Shown one piece after another: positions 54,761 to 64,000 of a stretch of DNA of 64,000 nt. The translations under genes were made by a program, and so were the position numbers. Within the stretch, counting starts at the first letter, position 1. Each line of letters opens with the position of its first letter. Source of the DNA: Octopus vulgaris (lineage: Eukaryota); the NCBI GenBank assembly GCA_951406725.2, contig OX597828.1, positions 930,001-994,000 of the forward strand, given 5' to 3'. The notes beneath the pieces are model-generated. The model was given only the letters and a program-made list of their open reading frames with translations. It had not been told where the DNA came from and ran no database searches.

Positions 54761-55677
54761 AATATATATATAGTTACAGAGATGTACTTGCATAGCAAGT
54801 GACTTGATCTGAGATCATGTGCTGGAACGAAAACAGTTGCAGCGTTGAAGGTGTTTATAAGCCATTTAAGAAACACACTCGTCGCTTTGAGACCGCGACC
54901 TGTTAGCACGATATTTCTGTCAGTGAACAGGTCGCGGTCTCAAAGCGACGAAAATATTTTGGCAAATTAAATTTAAATGTTGAAGTGAATCTAACGGTTT
55001 TTGTGTGTTTCTTAAATGGCTTACAAACACCTTCCTCGCTGCAATATATATATACACATATATATATATATGTATGTATGTATGTATGTGTGTATATGTG
55101 TCTGCATGTATGTGTGTGTGTGTGTGCGTGTCTGTGCTTGTGATTGTCCTCCACCACTGCTTGACAACGAATGTTGGTTTGTTTACATCCCTGTCACCTA
55201 GTGGTTTGACAAAGGAAACAGATAGAATAAGTACAATGCTTACAAAAATAAAACTGGAGTTGATTCATTAAACTACAATTCTTCAAAGCATTGCCCCAGC
55301 ATGGCCACAGACCAATGGCTGGAAAAAGCAGAAGAATAAAAGAATACATTCTCTGCTTTGGTCTTATGTTCAAGGCATGAGAAAGCTTCAGTTTACATGA
55401 GAAGGCCTAACAGACCTGGTAGAAACAGCAGCCAAATCTCCCTCAAATCACACATTACTGTCTTATGTATGTATATATATATGAGCCAATGAGGGGGACT
55501 TCTACATGGTAGCTAGACCTGGTAGAAATAGCAGCCAAATTTCCCCCAAATCACACCTTACTGTCTTATCTATGTATATATGCATGTATGAGCCTATGAG
55601 GGAGACCCCTACATGGCAGCTAGACATGGTAGAAATAGCAGCCAAATCTCCCTCAAATCACACCTTACTGTCTTATC
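54273..55677. repeat. Second copy of the 1.4-kb block 51059-52504 (Helitron A 54273-54666, foldback, SINE pieces)
   Basis: Colinear near-identity with scattered substitutions and a deletion of about 55 bp in the left foldback arm near 54878. Confidence 0.9.
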
Positions 55678-55763
55678 TTTCTGCTACTTGGATATAGGTG
55701 TTATATTCGTCGTAAAAAACTTTCCTATCACACACTCACGCACACACACACACACACACGCAC

Positions 55764-55811
<48 letters not shown>

Positions 55812-56202
55812 GTTAGCTTACAATTTTATTTATATATTTGCATGTCTATGTGTGGAAAGAGGAAGTGGGAGGCAGAATGAAAGAATCACTCACTACAGTA
55901 AGTGAATTACTTTCATTTTATTCGTTGCCCACTGTGTGTGTGCGTTTGCGTGTGGTGTAAACCAGACTAAGAAAAGCATTTGACACACACACCAGAATGT
56001 GAGTTTTCTGTAAATTTTGCTTAATTGGAGTTTAAATTTTAAAAACTGGACCTGGCATGACGCGATGCATTGTACTCTCAAAAATGCTAGGTAAATTGTA
56101 ATTGAAGAAATCCTATATTGTAGATTTCTATAACTCCCAAAGGGAGGCAGATAAAATCTGCCTTTTATAATAAGATAAAATCTGCCTTTTATAATAAGAG
56201 AT

Positions 56203-56271
<69 letters not shown>

Positions 56272-56292
56272 TATATATATAATATATATATA

Positions 56293-56691
56293 CTCTTTAC
56301 TCTTTTACTCTTTTACTTGTTTCAGTCATTTGACTGCGGCCATGCTGGAGCACCGCCTTTAGTCGAGCAAATCGACCCCGGGACTTATTCTTTGTAAGCC
56401 CAGTACTTATTCTATCGGTCTCTTTTGCCGAACCGCTAAGTGACGGGGACGTAAACACATTAGCATCGGTTGTCAAGCAATGCTAGGGGGACAAACACAG
56501 ACACACATATATATATATACATATATACGACGGGCTTCTTTCAGTTTCCGTCTACCAAATCCACTCACAAGGCATGGGTCGGCCCAGGGCTATAGCAGAA
56601 GACACTTGCCCAAGATGCCACGCAGTGGGACTGAACCCAGAACCATGTGGTTGGTTAGCAAGCTACTTACCACACAGCCACTCCTGCGCCT
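56293..56691 (-). mobile_element. tRNA-derived SINE family 1, full length
   Basis: Nearly identical to 48455-48868. Confidence 0.9.
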
Positions 56692-56705
56692 ATATATATA
56701 TAATA

Positions 56706-57099
56706 CTAGCAGTATCGCCCGGCGTTGCTCGGGTTGTAAGGGAAATAACTATATAAGCATTTTTAGAGAGTTATAGCCAAAAAATAGCAAAAAAAATGCA
56801 TTAAAAATTGAAAAAAAATTAAGGTAAATTTTTTTTAAATAGTTGACACATCGTAGATATTTTTGAGAGTTACTTCCCTTATATAAAAGCGAAAAAAATG
56901 CATTAAAATGGAAAAATATGATGGTAAATTTTTTTTAAATCGTAGACTCATCGTAGACGCGCACTAATACCCAGAAGGGCTCGATATGAATCAGGACTAT
57001 AAGATACCCGCTTTTGGTTAAACTGCACCGCAAAATGTGGGAGTAATTACGAATATAAATCGAAGGGGACAGACACACAACTTCACTCTTATATAAAGA
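56706..57099 (-). mobile_element. Non-autonomous Helitron, family A
   Basis: TC start at 57099; hairpin and CTAG end at 56706. Confidence 0.85.
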
Positions 57100-57876
57100 T
57101 GCTTATTTTTTTCAGTCATAGAGTTAGATTTATGAAGGTCTTCAGTAGAAAATCCTTCGAATTCTGACTCGCTGCTTGATATAATGAAATTCGTATCCAT
57201 TTTTTGTCAGAATTACAAATTTTGAAAACACAATAGGAACAAATTTCGGAAAAAAATATCCCATAATTCACGGAATTAAAATTACACTTCGATTTTTGTA
57301 CAAAACTGTATTTGAAGTGTTTACGAAGTATAATACGTGTTTTCACGAATGTACTAAAGAGATTTACTGATATTCTCATTTAAATATGAATAGGTAAATT
57401 CGGGCGGTTTGGTAACGAAAGGGTTTATATAAGTCTCGTCTGTTTATACATAAACACTGTTTCATAGTTTCAGTTTAGTCTTCCTCAAATCACTGTCGCT
57501 AATTTACTCTCTTCCAAGAACATTTTCACTCACTGTTATCTGTTAGCTTCCCATACATTTTACTCATGTATCTATCAGTGTGATAGACAGAAACAAATAT
57601 TACATTTACTTTCATTTTATTCGTTGCCCACTGTGTGTGTGCGTTTGCGTGTGGTGTAAACCAGACTAAGAAAAGCATTTGACACACACACCAGAATGTG
57701 AGTTTTCTGTAAATTTTGCTTAATTGGAGTTTAAATTTTAAAAACTGGACCTGGCATGACGTGATGCATTGTACTCTTAAAACTGCTAGGTAAATTGTAA
57801 TTGAAGAAATCCTATATTGTAGATTTGTATAACTCCCAAAGGGAGGCAGATAAAATCTGCCTTTTATAATAAGAGA
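57100..57876 (-). mobile_element. Helitron-like family B, longest copy
   Basis: Shares the family B 5' end and continues into a short ATG-initiated acidic peptide before meeting the family A copy. Confidence 0.55.
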
Positions 57877-58106
57877 TATATATATATAATATATATATAT
57901 AATATATATATAATATATATATATATAATATATATATGTATATGTATGTGTATATATAATATATATAATATATATATATATATATGTATATATAATATAT
58001 ATGTATATATCTATATATATATATGTATATATAATATATATGTATATATCTATATATATATATGTATATATCTATATATGGTATATATATATAATATATA
58101 TATGTA

Positions 58107-58177
<71 letters not shown>

Positions 58178-58815
58178 CTAGCAGTATACGCCCGGCGTTG
58201 CTCGGGTTTGTAAGGGAAATAACTATATAAGCATTTTTAGAGAGTTATAGCCAAAAAATAGCAAAAAATGCATTAAAAATGGAAAAAATATGATGGTAAA
58301 TTTTTTTTTAAATCGTTGACTCATCGTAGACATTTTTAGAGAGTTACTTCCCTTATATAATAGCGAAAAAATGCATTAAAATGGAAAAAAAACGATGGTA
58401 AATTTTTTTTAAATCGTAGACTCATGTAGACGCTTTCTTAGCCATTTCTGTTTTTGGTGTCTTCAAGCCATGAAGTCGTTGTTCTAAAAGAACGCTGGTC
58501 TCCTTGACAACGCATTACGACGTTGATTTCCTTACACTCCCTTCCCCACAGGTGCAGGTGTGAGCGTGGACGCCAACTCCACCGCCGTCGACACACGAAA
58601 AATTATGCATTAAAATGGAATAAAATATGATGTTAAATTATTTTTAAAATCGTAGACTCATCGTAGACGCGCGCTAATACTCAGACGGGCTCGATATGAA
58701 TCACGACTATAAGCTACCCGAATTTGGTTAAACTGCACCGCAAAATGTGGGAGTAGTTAGGAATCTAAATCGAAGGGGACAGACACTCACACAACTACAG
58801 TTTTATATATATAGA
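58178..58815 (-). mobile_element. Non-autonomous Helitron, family A long variant
   Basis: TC and CTAG termini; internal GC-rich segment shared with 34328-34837. Confidence 0.88.
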
Positions 58816-58889
58816 TATACATAGCGCAGTAGTGGTGAGATGTGACAGCAAAGAAAAGCATACATTCACTCTCTGCATGCAATTAGACT

Positions 58890-59425
58890 CGGAAAGTTCG
58901 TGAGGAACCCATTGACCCAATTTGCTGACTTTTCCGATAGCACACAGGTCTCAATGAATGGTTGAATGACCAAATCCAAGCTTCTCTGCTAGTTCCTCAA
59001 CAGTTACGATGAGATTTTGTTCCACCAGGGTTTTCAGGATGTCCTTGTCGAGTTCTACAGATCTTTCAGGATGAGGCTCGTCTTCTAGGCTGTAGTTTAT
59101 GGCTCGGAATTTCTGGAACCACCATTGACACTGCCTTACGCTTATTGTCCAATCCCCATATACTGCATTAATATTTCTTGTACTTTCCGTTGCGTTGTTG
59201 TCTTTATTGAACTCATAAAGCAAAATATGCCAAATATGCTCCTTTGTTACTTCCAACATAGCTTTGAAAAAAATAGCTGTTAAAATCGAAATGCACTCTT
59301 CAAAACTTGCACTATGAATAAGGACAAGATAAAATTACTACCTGCTTTTATAGCAAGTTAATATAAGTAGTTTATCCCATTCCCCTCTGACTTTTAGTTC
59401 AAGCTGTTGAAAAAACCGCATTATT
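58890..59425 (-). mobile_element. Mariner element 5' half, decayed
   Basis: ORF 58951..59259: KEHIWHILLYEFNK...INAVYGD...CQWWFQKFR...SLEDEPHPER (HTH domains). Confidence 0.85.
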
Positions 59426-60084
59426 ATATATATATACATACATACATACATACATATACACACACACTCTCTCTCTCACACACATGCACACATTTATATT
59501 CTGTTATTCTTTTATATGTTTCAGCCTTGAGGTTGTGGCCATGCTGGATCATGTGTGTGTGTGTGTGTGTGTGTGTGTCTATCTGTCTGTCTGTCTGTCT
59601 GTATATATGTATATGTATGTGTGTGAATAATAATATTTTCAACAGATGTGTTGCAAATGTATCTGATTGTTCTCAAGCTTCAAATTTACTCTCTTCCAAG
59701 AACATTTTCACTCACTCTTATTTGTTAGCTTCCCATACATTTTACTCATGTATCTATCAGCGTTCATGGACAGTAACAAATATTACATCTAGTTTCATTT
59801 TATTCGTTACACAGTGTGTGTGTGCGTTTGCGTGTGCTGTAAACCAGACTAAGAAAAGCATTTGACACACACACCAGAATGTGAGTTTTCTGTAAATTTT
59901 GCTTAATTGGAGTTTAAATTTTAAAAACTGGAGCTGGCATGACGCGATGCATTGTACTCTTAAAATTGCTAGGTAAATTGTAATTGAAGAAATCCTATAT
60001 TGTAGATTTGTATAACTCCCAAAGGGAGGCAGATAAAATCTGCCTTTTATAATAAGAGATATATATGTATATATATAATATATA

Positions 60085-60680
60085 CAGGTGTATCAAGCTG
60101 TTGGATCAGGTAATGAAAATCACGGAGAGGGTCATAGCCCAACTAATTAGAGAGAGAGTTAGTTAAGATGAGATGCAGTTTGGGTTTGTGCGAGGGAAAA
60201 ACACCACTGATGCTATATTCCTGGTAAGGCACCTGCAGGAGAAATACCTAGCCAAAGATAAGCCCCTGTACCTGGCTTTTGTTGACATGGAGAAAGCCTT
60301 CGACAGGGTCCCCCGATCCCTTATCTGGTAGTCAATGAGGAAACTAGGGATAGATGAATGATTAGTGAGAGCTGTACGAGCCATGTAAAGGGACGCTGCT
60401 AGTAAGGTGAGGGTTGGCAACGAGTACAGTGAAGAATTCCGGGTAGAGGTAGGGGTCCACCAAGGTTCAGTCCTCAGCCCCTTCCTATTTATCATAGTTC
60501 TCCAGGCAACAACGGAGAAATTCAAATCAGGATGCCCCTGGGAGCTCCTCTATGCTGATGATCTTGCTCTAATTGCTGAGTCACTATCAGAACTGGAGAA
60601 GTTTCAGGTGTGGAAGCAAGGATTAGAATCGAAGGGCCTTAGAGTCAACCTAGCTAAAACCAAAGTCCTAATAAGTAGAA
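60085..60680 (+). mobile_element. RTE-clade LINE internal RT fragment
   Basis: QFGF, AFVDMEKAFDRVP, GVHQGSVLSP and YADDL with stops. Confidence 0.9.
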
Positions 60681-60794
60681 TCACAAAATTTGAATGTAAT
60701 TGGTTGTGTAGTTCTCAAGTTTTAGGGAAACACAGACAGACAGGCACACATTCTCAGCTTTATATAGATAAAGATATATATATATATATATATA

Positions 60795-61152
60795 CTAGCA
60801 GTATCGCCCGGCGTTGCTCGGGTTCGTTTCGACCCGCTAGAATTGTAATTTTGAAAAGTAAAAATTTTGTGAACATTTTTCTGGTCGAAATACACCGAAA
60901 AGTGGCGACACAGCATTGAAAAAATCGTAAAAAATAGGGATTTTCATAGAAAAAAGCATCTTTTTGATGTAAATAATTTTTGGTGTTAACATGGTCCGAT
61001 TTGAATTTTATGTTCTACGGAAGGAAGAGCAACCCTTCTTCTATCATACTCTCAATTTTGGTCAACTTGCGCCGCAGGGTCTCGGAGGAGATAGTGTTAG
61101 TTGAAGGTTACCAAACGTGGCGCACACAGACAACTTTAGCTTTATATAGAGA
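60795..61152 (-). mobile_element. Non-autonomous Helitron (family A 3' end with a different body)
   Basis: Same ctagcagtatcgcccggcgttgctcggg end; TC start at 61152. Confidence 0.78.
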
Positions 61153-63052
61153 TAACACACACACATTAATACACATACATAGACACACACACACATGTAT
61201 GTATGGATGTATATATGGGTACTTGTATCGCAGAGTGGTCCTGGTTGCGCACACGCGGATTCGCGCGTGCGAGCCAGACGTAGGTACTCGATACTTGATC
61301 GCCCTTAAATAATTACTTTTTTTTACAGAAACGCGAATGTATATAACGCGCAAAATTATTCCGTAGAATTTATCAAATTAAATAACGCAAAATTGATATA
61401 TTTTTTTGAAATTGCAAATTATTTAGAATATAAAAATCTGGCTGCTATTTCTAGGTGCCTGAGTAACAACCTCGCGGATTTACAGATAAATGAATTAATT
61501 ACTATTTTACAGAATAAAATTAAATAATTCTTGAAAATTAATTAATATTAATATTTTTTGAACAAAGTAAATAATTTTTAAAACTTAAATAATAATTTTT
61601 TTTTACACAAACGCGAACGGGGAAAAGGGGGTGGCGAATTCGATTTTTTATTTTCGTTGAATGAATATAAAAAATGTATAATATATGTTGTACATACCTA
61701 AATTTTTTCTTTATCATGACATTGTAGCAAAATAGTAGTGAATTATATAAATACCAGCAGTACATTTTTTTTTTCTGGGGTATTTTTTTCAACCTCGTCA
61801 CATATTTGCCCTTTCAATTTAAACAAAGTCTTAATTAAGCAATTACGGCAGCTTAGCAATGGTTTCAATACAGGCGTGACATCTGTATCTCAATTGTTCA
61901 AAACCCTTCGAATTTTTTCGCATGTGATGATATCATAGTGAAAACTTTCAATTACGCGCGCTTAGAAGTACGCTCGCAAATTAATACTACCAAAATTTTG
62001 AAGTTCGCAATCCGCTTGTGTGTGTGTGTGTGTGTGTGCGTGCTTTAGGTGTACATAGGTATGTGTTTTTGTGTGTGTGTGTCACTGAAGCCATACATAC
62101 ATATATACATACATAACCTCTCTCTCTCTTTTCTCTCTCAGTCACTCACTACAAAAAGTGAATAAAAAAGTTCAGTTATTTCTGTCTTTCACTCTCTGTG
62201 TCTCTTTACACACACTAACAAAAGCACTTCACTTACACACCACACTTTCTGTGTCGCACAACCCATCAAACACACACACACACACACACACTCACGCACG
62301 CACACATGTACATCAATGCTTTCGGAGTGAAATGTTAAAATATTGAGTTTTCTCAAACTTTGTCTTAATTGGGGGTGAAATTGAAAGAAATTTGTTATGG
62401 CATGACCGAATGGAGTACTTTGAAAAATCTTAGGTAAACTCTAATTGAAGAAATTGTGTGAGGAGTAAATCGTTATGTATTTATTTGTTTCTGTTTGCTG
62501 TGTTTTTTTTTTTTTTGAGTAGTGGTTTAAGGTACACTTGCAAAGAGAAAGTGGGAGAAATTATGTTGATAGCATGCGTGATCCGTTTTATAGAAATACT
62601 TTCAGTTTAGTCTTCCTCAAATCACTCTGTCGCTATTTACTCTCTTCCAAGAACATTTTCACTCACTCTTATCTCTTAGCTTGCCATACATTTTACTCAT
62701 GTATCTATCAGCGTCATAGACAGAAACAAATATTACATCGCCATCGCATTCTATTGTCTACCTGTCAACACACACACAGTGAATTAGTTTCGCTTTATTC
62801 GTTGCACACTGTGTGTGTGCGTTTGCGTGTGCTGTAAACCAGACTAAGAAAAGCATTTGACATACACACCAGAATGTGAGTTTTCTGTAAATTTTGCTTA
62901 ATTGGAGTTTAAATTTTAAAAACTGGACCTGGCATGACCCGATGCATTCTACTCTTAAAAATGCTAGGTAAATTGTAATTGAAGAAATCCTATATTGTAG
63001 ATTTCTATAACTGACAAAGGGAGGCAGATAAAATCTGCCTTTTATAATAAGA

Positions 63053-63896
63053 CTAGCAGAATTGCCCGGCATTGCTCGGGGCTGAATTGCTTGAAAGTAC
63101 TGTTAATGATTGCACTGAATTATGATGATTATTCAGGCAAATATTGAAATAAGCTTACGGTGGGAGATAAGGACTTAACGCCAAACGTGTGCCATTGCAT
63201 TGTTTTGGGGGAACCAAATTTCTGATGAGCATTATAGGGGCACTAACTTTAAGTTTGAGAAAGTGTGGTGGTAGTCCGGGGTGCTCAAAGGAATTGAGTA
63301 CCTCTATTGGATAGTTGATGACGTCCTCTGGGTCAGGAGTTGTATCGATAGACTGATATACATCGACTTCCCCAGGAATGAGTTTTAGCATTTCATCATT
63401 AATATGGTGAACAGTTTTATTCCTCGGGGCCAGTATAGCCTTTTTGCCAATCCAATCCATATTCTGATAATTAGCTTGTAAATCTGGGAACACTGCATCT
63501 CTGAGATCAGAAGGCGTCTTAACAATGGTACAAATGGAATCGATGGCAATATTACCATTTTCATCCCCTGGTATTTTGCCTTCGCCAAGTGCAAGGAGGG
63601 TGTGAGGAAATGCTGGTGATGTGATATTACGTCGCATATGAGCACGCATATTGGTGTGAAGTTTGAGAGTTACTTCCGTTTATTTTAAAAAATATGCATT
63701 AAAATGGAAAAAAATGATGGTAAATTATTTGTAAAATCATAGACTCATCGTAGACGCGCGCTAATACCCAGAAGGGCTCGATATGAATCACGACTATAAG
63801 ATACCCGGTTTTGGTTAAACTGCATCGCAAAATGTGGGAGTAGTTAGGAATCTAAATCGGAGTAGACAGACACACAACCTTTCTTTAATATATAAA
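63053..63896 (-). mobile_element. Helitron deletion derivative carrying a Pif1-family helicase fragment (about 63155-63670)
   Basis: LKLHTNMRA...LLALGEG...KAILAPRN...IN...YPIEVLNS...GLPPHFLKLKVSAPIMLIRNL...CNGTRL between a family A 5' region and a hairpin+CTAG end. Confidence 0.92.
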
Positions 63897-63913
63897 TACA
63901 TACATACACACAC

Positions 63914-63944
<31 letters not shown>

Positions 63945-64000
63945 TACATGCATACATACATATACACATAAACCGAGTAAAAAATTTCAGTTATCTCTCT

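Overview
AT-rich, repeat-dominated animal genomic DNA. The repeat inventory suggests an octopus or other cephalopod, which is an inference. Two host genes are recognisable, both on the minus strand: the last two coding exons of SPRYD3 (22502-22330 and 14173-14039) and, only about 760 nt past its stop codon, an intact single-exon PLD6/Zucchini (mitoPLD) ORF (13279-12587). The rest is mobile DNA and repeats. It includes decayed Tc1/mariner copies, RTE-clade LINEs with a PHD finger after the RT core and (GAT)n tails, CR1-like LINEs with a tRNA-derived SINE sharing their 3' tail, and at least two non-autonomous Helitron families, one copy keeping a Pif1 helicase fragment. A Penelope-like element has a truncated GIY-YIG domain inside a 1.5-kb inverted repeat, and a 317-333 bp tandem array is joined to an RTE tail. 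Very long (TA)n and poly(A) tracts are also present. Five hammerhead ribozyme motifs were found by eye; four have a palindromic or near-palindromic stem III and a very long stem II. The strongest leads are the SPRYD3-PLD6 tandem unit, the long-stem-II hammerheads and their Penelope-like host, and the monomer-array element with an RTE tail. All calls are by eye without database searches; repeat boundaries are approximate unless a terminal motif is quoted.
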